A stretch of 64,000 nucleotides of DNA from Balanoglossus misakiensis (Eukaryota; Animalia; Hemichordata): the NCBI GenBank assembly GCA_040954595.2, contig CM082591.2:1897745-1961744 (forward strand), written 5' to 3'. The translations under genes and the position numbers were made by a program. Below are positions 37,753 through 49,300 of the stretch, one piece after another; the stretch's first letter is position 1; each line of letters opens with the position of its first letter. The notes under the pieces are model-generated. The model saw nothing but the letters and a program-made list of their open reading frames with translations, made no database searches and was not told the origin of the DNA.

Positions 37753-40700
37753 AAAAATATATTATTTAAGAGAAGCAGACATGGGGTATAAGAGGTTGCT
37801 TTTGCGACTAGAAAGAATTTTTGGAACCTTCAATATGTAAAATAAGGTGATCAGTAATCTCTATCCGTCATGGCAAAAGTAAAAAGACAAAAAACATTCC
37901 CTGTCATAATTTATTCGTGCCATCATTACATCCACTTAATCAAAAATCCACTTCCATCAACTGTCCTTTTTCACGTCCAGAGATTCATTAATTCCACTCT
38001 GAAAGAGATATTCTTCCTTACTCTTGCAGTGGTTTGACCTTGTTTTGTCATCAGTTAGGCAAAACCTTGAACTTGTGTTTAATGTACATGTTAAGGCAAA
38101 AAACACCTTGCAGTCACTGACAGGAGTTTTTACAAAGCAACCCTCAAAAGGGTAACAAGACTTCAAAATATCTGGATGCCTAAATTTACATTCATCAGCC
38201 ATGTCTTTCTCGGAAACAAAAATTGTCTTCAGATTGGATAGTGCTCTGGACATGAAAACAGATTTCACCTAATCCCCCAACCCACAATCGTCTAACCAGT
38301 CTCTTCTCACATCAGTCTACCATCAAGTAACAGTTGTCCGTGTAATGTACCTCATGTTGTGTTTTCCCGGAATTCTCTCGATTCCTTTCCGGTCATGTGT
38401 CTAGATTTCCATTCTCATCACTTGATCGGTGGGTCTCATTTCTCAATTTCAGCCTCATCCTCACCGATAATATATATTTCTCTCTCAAGGACTTGAAATT
38501 CTCGGAATACCCATCAGACCGAGTTCCATTTAGATAAATGTGATGCATTCTCAACTCAAGGTCTCTCTCTCTCTCTTTTCTGTCCCCTTTCGCACTGGAA
38601 ATCATGTTCTTTTGGGGTGTATGGCAGAACTGAATGTCACTTGACGAACATCTCGTCAGTCTTACACCCAGAAACAACATCCGCACTTGCTGCACACCTT
38701 TACTGCACGCATGCACCGAGCGCAGGAGTGACTTGCACGCTGCGATTGTGATCAGGGCTAATGGTTGCACATGCTTCCTTCAGCCTTTGTTACCTTGGTG
38801 ATGTCCCACTAACTCATGATGTCTGTTTTCAGGCCCAGATAACCATTGCTTGAATTTGCATGCTAGCAAGGGTTATATACACTCACGACCCTTCACTACC
38901 GAACTATACTATGAGTGTGTGAACACACATGTGGCCAGTCTATAGATCTGTGTGGGTACATATGTTAGGCAGTGTGGTTGTGGTACTTCATGCCAACGTA
39001 CATCTCTTTATCTGGTTGTGACGCACCCCCACACATAACCAAACAAAATCTCCAGGAACTGAAGTCTGTACGAAATGCAAATGACTGGTGTATTCATCAA
39101 ATTTAAACACCCAATGCCAAATTCATATTATCCTTCTACAGCTCAGAATGTCTTTCATTCACTGTTGTTTGTGTGCACACCATCCAGACATACATGTTTT
39201 GTACATCAATGTCCACACAAAATCTTGTCAGATTTTAAGTTTGGCAGGGAGGGGACACCCATCATCAAAATCAAGTTATTCGCATGTTGAATCTCAAAAA
39301 TCTAATTTCTAATTTGATATGTAAAGATAGAGGTATAATTGATCACCTTGTATTGGTCACCTTTATTTTGTTTTGTGAAATGGAAATTTTGTTAAGCCAT
39401 CTTAGAGACTATTTTAACTGACCTGATACTTCCAAAATGTTTCAACAGTTCTCTGTCAAAACTTGGTAATTCTGGTTGCCATAGAAACTGGTTCAGTGCC
39501 TTTTAAAATTTTGACAACGATTTGAGTGCATACGAGTCCAGTACTTACAATGTTTTCAGTCCTAAAATCTTCAACCATCTGTTCCGGATTTTTTTCACAT
39601 CTTAAACGTTTGACAGAAATTGGAACCTGCATTTTGGAGGCTATCAAGCTTCGAGTAATGTCAGTAAAAATGATTTTGCTTTCAGTAAAGTGAAGTTAGA
39701 CCTGTGAAATATCGCTGAAAGAGGGAATTGTCTGAAAAATACTGCCACCTGAAATATACACTGTTACTATGCCAGCTAATCATCACCCCTTAAACTGTGA
39801 TTTTTTTCCCTGTTCCAAAAGATTTCGTTTGAAGTTCTTGTGTTGATCAGGATGCATTGTTAACCAGAAGGTCAGTTGCATTAGAAAAATGCCCCTGAGA
39901 GAATCTTTCTTTTTCCAAATTTATGTAAAAATCAGTGAATTCATTTTTGCACTTTTCCAGAAATTGAAAGAAAATTCGTTTTTGTACAATACATGGTGAA
40001 GTACTGTACTCTATCCAAAACTTGATGTAAATGTGAGGACTTTGAGTGATTTTCATATTTAACATTTCTTCAGACTTGTTTTTAATAAAAAATCTGTACT
40101 TTTGTATATTTTTGCAAGTTAAACCAAGCTCTGTACATGTACTGGCCGTCTCGCTTGGAATCTGGGTCAGTTTTTTTTTGGCATTTATAGGACTGAAAGG
40201 GTTATAGCTGGAGATTGCCGTACAAGGCAAGCCGCATAAGAATACTTTCATGTTACTGGTGTCCATGATGAATTAGTTGGCCTTTGACCTTTTGAACTCT
40301 GACCTCCCTGAAAGTCAGGGTTCAAAAGTCAATTTGTCAACTGACCTATGATTTTTTGATGAATTAAACCCTCAGCACCAGGTTTTCAGCTAGTATCCAG
40401 AAATATGCCAGTAGATTTTCGTAGTGATTCGCTACCAATAGGTCAGTTATTTCAGTGTGCAAGAGATAGTTTACCCTGCATGTTGTGAATTCAAATGCCG
40501 GGTATGCATTGTAGACTTTCCAGAAAGCGTAATTTATTTTACAACCTTTAGTCTATTTTATGATTTTTCTGTTTCTTTTTAATTTGGTTTAGAACCAGAG
40601 TTTATCCATAGTTTACATGCGTTAAATGCTATGTAATTTTCCAGAAGAAACCTTTTGCTTAGTGGCTGAATTTTTGCTCTGTGGGGGGTCCACATTTTTT

Positions 40701-41049
40701 ATGAGTAGCATAGTGTAGTTATAAGTATTATATAGGCAATCAGTGTATGTTAAAACATGAAAACTACTTCTAAAAAATTGTAAAATGGAAAATGTTAAAA
40801 AAAAGTGTGGGATATTATGTTAAGTTTACGTCGTCATGTATGAGTTTAAAACCTTGATTCACCAATTATATGCCGTTACAATGCAGTAAATCTGGATGGG
40901 GAATAATAATAATAATATTACAGTTTGTAAAAAATAGATGTTCAAAGTTTTCATAACTGCCACAAGAGGGCACTATTCCGAATTTAGAGGGCAGATGCTG
41001 TCGGAGGCACTTGTGCTTGAATATTGTGAGGGATAGCCCTGCAGCCAGT

Positions 41050-41147
41050 ACCTTTCACCATTTCACCATCATGGTTCAGTCCAGCCCCATTGTTTTCTGT
41101 GGGTAAGGTTGGACCTTAATACAGAGAATTGGGGGTGAGAGGGTTAA
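41050..41147. mobile_element. MITE copy (intergenic spacer)
   Basis: CCTTTCACC...CCATTGTTTTCTGTGGGTAAGGTTGGACC...GGGGGTGAGAGGGTTAA. Confidence 0.75.
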
Positions 41148-42443
41148 AAACTGAGGCTGCTTTGACATGCTGCTTGAGTAGCACAAGTATTCTGGCTGTG
41201 CCTGCCCAGTGAGCGAACATAAATTAACCAGTAAATCTAAATCCTGTATAAGCACTATTGTAATTATTGAAAACAAATAAGTTTGTATACCTTGGACTCA
41301 ATACTACATTTAGATTTGCGGAAAATACTTTAAATTTTGTTATTATTTTTATATTTGCAAAGAATCAGAAAAACAAGCAAATGATCATGTATTACGCTTT
41401 AGAGAGATTGTCAATGTGTTGTGCCTGTGTTAATGTGCATCTTGGCTTTAAAAAGCTCTAACTCTGTCGAACGGGTCATGGCGTAATGGCGCATGGATTT
41501 TACAAAATTGCAGAAGTTGCTTGATGCCTTTTTATGGTATACGTCACTATTTTAAGTTGCCAGTGGTATGTGGTGAAAGATATTCGAGAAAAGCAGAAAA
41601 ATCTGCATGAAATTTGGCAACTTTGCAATGCGAGATGTAAGCAGCTCTGCAGGGTTGTGATTGGGAGAAAAAAATCATGTGACTGTCATGTGACAAAGAG
41701 GAGATGCGCATGTCAGGCCAGTGCTTTTGTACATAGTCAACTGCTGTGTGTAGTAGATGCCTCTCAGTACCCGAGGTAGTATCTCCCATTGCAGTGTAAC
41801 CATAAATTGTAAACTATTTAATTTATATTCGGTGTAAAAATTCAATATGATTCTGATGTATTTTGTGTTGTGTTGGAGGAATTGCCTGTGTCGCGTCTGC
41901 TCTGTTCCAGAAACTTTGACTTTTTCACAAACATCTCTGCATCATTCAGTTAATACTAGTATTTCTAGTTCCGGCATGTGCAAGTTTCATCCATTGTAGC
42001 TCTTTTAAATGTGGTAATATTCTGTGATCAATTTCCTGTTCAAATATGCTTCATGATTGGTTGAATTTAACCATGGTTCTGTAACAGCGGTGATGCGACT
42101 GATGCAGCAGTTGGCATGGCAACTTCCTCAACACTAACTCTCTTGATTTTTGTATCTTAATTTTTGGTGTTGGAATAAAAAAAAGTTTGGACTTTACATA
42201 ATGTGTTATTTGTCATTATTTATTATCAGTTGACTTGTGTCCCCAATTCTGGTGAAATTTTGCTATTATGATTTTCAAATTATGACAAAGTTTTACTCAA
42301 ACAGTATTTTATTTTGCGTGAGTGTACAAAAATGTTAACTTGAAAAAAAAGTTCACTAATGAACATAATCTGAATGGTCGTTCTCTTTTCCGGTTTTCCC
42401 AGCATGCATAGCATCTTAGGTCATAGGTTACTTCCTGTTTAAA

Positions 42444-42790
42444 ATGGCAGACGACAAAAATATCAAGATTGTTGTCTTCTTGTCGTCGCGAGTGCCCTAC
42501 AAGTATTTGAAAAGTTTAACTTTTGCCAAACTACGGAGTCTTTGTGCAGTTGAACATATCAGCGCGGTTGGAGAAAAGGTAGAGTTAATTTTTCGCTTAC
42601 GAGTCGACATTACGAGTTGATGTTGTGAACACTTCCTGGATATTTCAAGTGTGCAAGCCAGCCTGCCTTGCAAGTTTCGCTCAAGGAAGAGTATCAAAAC
42701 CTTCAACAATGTGACAAACTGACAACGGGTGGACGCCGGACATTCGTCATATTCCACCCCTTTCCATGGAATACGCAAAACGATGTACAT
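42444..42790 (+). pseudogene. Degenerate SAP-domain ORF, probable DNA-transposon accessory gene remnant
   Basis: ATG at 42444 to TGA at 42620 (58 aa) contains LKSLTFAKLRSLCAVEHISAVGEKVELIFRL (SAP-like pattern). Protein-like text continues after stops and frameshifts (CEHFLDISS; GWTPDIRHIPPLSMEY). Confidence 0.45.
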
Positions 42791-45700
42791 CATGTGTGCC
42801 TTGACAGGAACATACAGCTTTCATGGATTGTGGATGTCGACAGATGTGTACGTGTTGCAAGGACCAGGGTAAGTCGTGACTTTCGTAGACTGTCAACATA
42901 AACACTTGTATTATTACGTACGTACAGTGTGACATTGTATTTTGGATGCGAAGGTAAGTCGTTTTGAGAGTGAGAGCTGTTTTCGGTAGGCCTGGTAAAC
43001 GTGGATTTGGATTGTGTTAATTTCCTCGAATGCGGAAGTAAACATAACCGTAAAAGAGTACTCCCCCTTTAAATATGCTAATTTACGTCGTGCGTGTACT
43101 ATGTAGTGTAGTGTTTCAAGACGCACCCACGGTCACTGATGCACCAAACTGTTTTGGTTTTGGGGTATAATAAACGTGCTTTCTGGCTTTTTGTTAGATG
43201 AAGCTATACCTAACAAGTAATGGTTGTAAACAGACGATAGATTATGACATTTGTTTGGTTGAAACATTTTATTCCTTCACCGGAAATCAAGATACAAATC
43301 TGTAGAGCAACAGTGTTGGGAAGGGGATTGCTATGGAAACTACACTAATTCCACTTAAAGAAATTTCACGACTTGTTACAGAAACTTCACCACAAATACT
43401 TCTGGTTGTAAACAGTGGGTGAAATAGATGAAAATCAAATACAAGTATTCTGGACTAACAAACAAATACATCTGTGCCATGCAGGTGATAGGAAGGGCAA
43501 CATTCTGGAACAAGTAATGTGGAGCAGACGATGTCAATTGCTAGCAATTCCCATTCCCAACACAAAATGTCTTCATTATAATGAATTATATTTTTACACC
43601 AAATATAAATTAAATAGTTTACAATTATGGTACTAAAACCATCCTTGAGTACACGATAGTGTTTATCCATCTTTACTGCATTGTAACTGCATATATTTGA
43701 AGTTTTTAACATATATAGACTACATACACTGATTATTCCAATCTTTGTCTTGCTTATTTTTTTCCAATTTTTTAAATTTGTAACACACTGATTGTATAAG
43801 AATACTACTCTAAAGCAAACATGCCATTCCAAAAGAGCATTCTATACAGGCAGAAAAAATTTGCCCATTGAATAAACTACTCAATCCTATATATTAGTTA
43901 CCTTGTCATATATAGGTATTCCTTTAAACATATAAACTCTGCTGGTACCGAAATAAAATTTTAACAGGGGAAAAATCACAAAATAAACAAATTCGGAATT
44001 CCAATAAAAATAACACTTGCATGGCACCAGTCTAACTGCCATGATTGTTGGATTTTTTGAGGGGGTAAGTAGTTCGGATGTTGGTCATAGTTTCACATTT
44101 GTACATAAGAATATTAATGGCAGCCTACAGGAGCGATTCCAAAGTCCGTCTTTAAAAAATACACAGTATTTATCCAAATGACATTTGTAAGTGTTAAACA
44201 AAATAAATATAATGCTCGGAAAATACGTAGCCAGAACATTGTACTTGAGAAGTTTTTTTAATGCAATAAAATGTCTATCCCTAAATTATAACTGACCAAA
44301 TGCATGTAGCTTCACAATTTGGCACCTAAACGATGTTTTGGGAAATTTACATTGTACTTTGAGAAGTTGGTCATTCTTGCTGTGGCAACCTAAAAGGCCA
44401 CAATGGTAAATATTGGTCCAAACTTCGGTTGCAAACAAAAGAGCATGTTGTTATACAAAGGACAACATGTTTTGACCTAATCACATTCTCTTCCGTGTTA
44501 CCTGTGATGGGGGAAATACAGATAAACTGCTTTTTGCAAAAATATACAGTACAGAAATGTTAAATAAACTTGAAAAGGGTTAAATATAAAAATCACTTAA
44601 AGTCTTCACATTGACATAAAGTTTTGGATAAGAAAGTACTTCAAGATGTTTTGTAAAAAAAAAACAAATTTAAGTTTTAGACAGCAGATGAGGTGCATCC
44701 CTTTAGCAGAGAACATCTGTTTTGACAATAGCACTTTCAGATATTTATCTTCAAATACAAAAACACCTAATAACAAAGAAAACTGAAAACAAATCGTGGG
44801 AAGCATCAAACGTCTAAATTTCTAGTGAAAACAATCTCACTCCCTTTTAATAGTATGCCCCTACCCAGTTATTACAAAAAGATAGTAAATATTTGAAAAT
44901 AACTTTTTTTCTGACAGGATCATATGAAAATGGAGTTTTCTCAAATCAGATGGATTACAAACAACACAATTTCATGACAGAAAATAATGCATGGAAGTGT
45001 TTGTTTATTTCTTAAATAGTACATGAAAAGGTGATCACTATAGTTCTATCTTGCTGTTAGGCTAGGCTTTGTGGGATTGACATGTAACTCTTGATTTGAA
45101 AGTAGACCTTGAGAATGTCAACATACACACAAACATACACTAAATGTCTGATTAATATGTGTGCTAGCAGCAATGTGTGCCCATCAGGGAAATATTTCCA
45201 GGCCAAGGGAACCCAAACTTGTCTTTGGGGTGAATGGAGAAGTGCAGATCGGAGAGCCATGCATTGAATTGGAATGATAATGAAATGAACAGAAGAGCCA
45301 TCTTGGTAATGTGTGTTCCTGGTAACATGTATGTGCATGTATGTATGCCACACACCTCAAAAACAGTTGTCTGTTGTCAGGAGAGAAAGTGGGACAGGAA
45401 AAGAAGGTTAGAGAGTGGGGAACACTTGCATCACATTAGTAAGTAGAGATCAGTCAGTCACAGGGGAATCCAGTCATTTCCTTGAGAGAGAAAAACATTG
45501 TTAGCCAGGTGCAACTGAAAATGTGAAATACCAAGAGACAAAGACTTTCCGACACCATACCGGAAACAGAAGACATGACAAATCCCAGTACATGTACATG
45601 TATAGATTGCTGCAAGAAGTGAATGATTGGTTAGATGTTGATTGGAATAATGGGGTGAGACTGGCTTTGCTTTCCTGCCCAGAGTTGAAAATGCCGTTTT

Positions 45701-46047
45701 TGAACAGATACTTGGCCAATAGAACTTCTGAAATTTGAATATTGCTACTGTGTCATGCCCTATGGATTTCTTGAAAAGATTCTGGGAAGAGGATCATGTG
45801 TAAAGATGGTCTCTAAATCCCCATTTTGTCTACAAATGCACTTGCCCAACCAATGCCACAAATTAATGTACTCTTTTGCTTTAAGAAATCTCTGGACAGG
45901 AAAACATTGATTGATGGAAGTGGATGGGTGAATTTAGATTACAGAGTTCATCTCACTGTGGATCTGACAAACTTTATTATAGCGATACTGATAGAGCTAT
46001 TTTTTGATCACCTTATTCTTCAAGAAAACAGTTTCAAAACAGATCTT

Positions 46048-46130
46048 TTAACCCTTTCACCCCTGATTCCTACTGTAGAGGTCCAAGAAAACAATGGACT
46101 TGGACCAAACCATGGTAGTGAAAGGGTTAA
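46048..46130. mobile_element. piggyBac-type MITE, best-preserved copy (in gene B 3' UTR)
   Basis: TTAA-CCCTTTCAC ... GTGAAAGGG-TTAA terminal inverted repeats with TTAA on both sides. Confidence 0.8.
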
Positions 46131-46301
46131 ATGAGAACCCAAACTCTTACATCGCATATAACTTTTTTTCTCTTAAATAATAAAAATATATTTTCTTGGA
46201 AAACAAATTGGCAATGCATTAGCATGCAAGAAATGGAAAAGAGCATGTAGACGAGCATCGTAATAAAATGTTGACAGGGAGACAGTTGCTAACCAGGTTT
46301 G

Positions 46302-46347
46302 CTACACTCCTGATATGTACTGGACACCACGATGATCTCCATTGCTT
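46302..46347 (-). CDS. SLC6 paralog B terminal exon 14 ([14 protein letters not shown])
   Basis: Acceptor ccatacttgtttccatttcAG nearly identical to that of A; in phase with exon 13. Confidence 0.85.
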
Positions 46348-49300
46348 CTGAAATGGAAACAAGTATGGACAAAATGATCAGACAATGACTATGAGATGCA
46401 TGATGGAAAAAAGCTTGCATTGGATGAACATATACGGTGTTAGTAAATTAGGGCGTACAAAATGAAGTGTGATAACTGCTTTATTTATTTTGTTTGATCA
46501 GTGCAGGGATTTTTGCTGGTAGCAGCTTTTTTGCATTGCGTGTTTGGCTGGTGTTTGTCGCAAGCACTCTGAGCTCAGCTGCATTACAAAAAGAGTAACA
46601 ATATTGCTACTGTGATTTTCCCTACAAATCTCCTCTCAAAACTTTGAAACTGAACAAACAACAGGGCAAGTGTATAAATCATACAGTGCGTAGGAATAAA
46701 TTAGTTTGTCAGGTTAAATGACCAGATGTGCTTAGACAAAATTGGCCAAGACTGAAGAGCAAACAGACGTCTGCCTTAGGTGGTTTCGATGGACCGAAGC
46801 CTCGGTTAACAGTCACCTACCCAGACCGTAAAATTCCCTGAACATTCGCATTCAAATCAATGCACTGATAGTGTGCAAACACAATGGTTCGCGACACAAT
46901 CATGTAAATGTTAGGACGGTTAGCGAGTAATATGTACAATTTGAATGTTTTCTGTCTCTCTTTATAATTCATGATGTTTCCACGTAAAAGTACAGCTCAT
47001 GGTAAATTGGACTGATATATTTCTTGTGTATGTTGGTAGATACTGAATTTTTCATCAAAGCAAATGTCCGAACCACTCGCTGTACTAATACATTAATTCA
47101 TCCTACATCTGTATTCCAACTTAAACCATCTAAATACTACTTGCTTTAGTACTATTTTTTTGTGGTGACTTATTTCAGAATTTCGCGAAAATGGATAGCG
47201 TTTGGTCTTCACAAAAATAATCCCTTTCCCTGTAGAGTGGTCCAGCAATGCCACTGAGTATAATGGAGTTGGACCAACCCACAGTGGTGAAAGGGTTAGA
47301 TAAAAACAATGTTTAAAGGCACACAGTCATTGATGATTTGTTTACTTTGAAAAGAAAAATTTCATGATACTAGATATCTTCAAAGACAAACAACTAAGAA
47401 CAAGACCTTTACACAAACGTTCAGCGGAAACCAAAAAAATGTAACAAAGTTGTCGGGATTTATAAAGTTTAAGAAAACCCCCTTCATCCTCAGAAAAACA
47501 GATCTTACAACATTGGAAAAGAAACATCTCAAACAACTGTTAAATATAGCTGTAAAAATTTAGGTACAAATTTGAGATACATATAATTAGGTTATTAGGC
47601 TACTAATTCTAGTAATGCAACTGTCTACACAATAGACTTAAACACTGGTGTTAGTAATACATCTTACATTACAAAGACTTCTACTGCTCTAAATATTGTA
47701 CATGTTGCATCACTGATGCAGAAAGAAATTCTCTGATGAGAACATTGAAAAAATAAGTTTTCATTTCATCTGTGTTTAACACAAATGTCAAGGAGTTTTG
47801 AGAGTTCCATACATCCTTCGTAAGCTCAGTGTTCACCAAAGTTTTTTCTTCTGATGTTTTTTTCTCTCTCCCAATAACTGACGTTTGTGCTTGGCTTACT
47901 TACTCGGGAATGAACTCATCATGTCTGGTTCTTGCTAATGGTTCCATGTGCGTGATGTCCTCCTTTAAGTGATGGCTGTAACCATTATCGTACGGGGGAG
48001 GTTTCTCGTCCTTTGAGGGGTCCAAGTTAACACTGACTGTTGTCACCACAACGTCTTCTTCCCCAGTAAGTTGGAATGGTTGCAACTTGGGAGTGGTGAC
48101 GGCGCGGAAACGCTGCATGTGTGACACAAGAAAAAGTGGTCAAGTTTTCTGATGGGGGTCATATTGTGAGTCAGCCTGATACCTTCGCATGAAGTGTGGG
48201 AAATTTTCTGGAGTCACCAGTGAGTTTTTCCAGTCAGTGGTGCTTCATATGGGCTTAGATTCGGCACATTGGCAATCTCTAACATTGTCAGTCTAAACAC
48301 ACAATGAAAAATACATGTATTTGCTGAATCAACACTTACCTCAGATAATGATCCCTTTGCCATGATCAATTTAAAGGCAGCTACAATGGGAATGCAGATG
48401 ATCGATGAGAGGGCCATGATCCAACCAATAGCGATGGCATAGTCTGGATACTTATATTCTCCCCAGGAACGCGAATAGGTCAACGGACTGTACTCCACAC
48501 AGCTATAGATGAAGATACCCTGTAATAGAACAGTACAGATGATTGCGTCATGGTCAATACTCCCTGAGCAAAACTAGACAAAATTGTCATTACTGTGTTT
48601 GCATACTTACGGCACAGAGAGCAGGAGTGAAGAAAACCCAGCAAATAATATTCCATGGATCTGGTCTCCAACCAAGCATGTGTTCAAAGTGGTCGTACAT
48701 GCGTTTTGGACCTATGACAGAGCAGAAACCATGTTTTATTTCAGTGTTATAGTTAGACCTCTATGTAAAAGGTAACCTGATTGGTCATGCAAATTCAGTT
48801 ACCAATTGACTGAACATCTCAACTTACTGGCCAAGTTCAGTAGCCAATCAAGGAGAGATAGAATCACAAAGAAACAGAACACGGACTTACCATAAACCCA
48901 CGCGACAGCAGTAGCTTGGAAAAAAGAAACCCAGAGTAGAGCAATACCACTTGCAGAATAGTAGTCAAAGATCTGGAACACGTACATCCCACCCTGCAAT
49001 AAATAATACGAGAGGTTTAATCATGTTTTCTGGTCAGGTTTATGTTTCGTATAGGCTGCAAAAAAACAACAACATAAACTTGGTTGAAATGTCTTGTTTT
49101 AGAAAGTTTATGCATGTATGTTCAGTGTGAGACCTACAATAGATTTATTTCTGTAATTCCAATTATATTGAAATGACTTACATTCATGACTAGGACCAAG
49201 CCAACGATGAACCACACAATGCACATTGCCAGAATGAACAGAGGCTTCCTGTAGGTCCCGACGCGAAGGTACTGTGGGTAGACATCACAGATCGCCGTGA

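Noticed and set aside
38393-38770. 125-aa minus-strand ORF in the spacer
   Set aside because: Overlaps sequence homologous to the B 3' UTR and a CT microsatellite; no domain recognised.
39400-42350. Probable non-autonomous TE sequence in the spacer
   Set aside because: The sequence looks repeat-like, but no termini, target duplication or coding remnant could be defined apart from the 41050 MITE.
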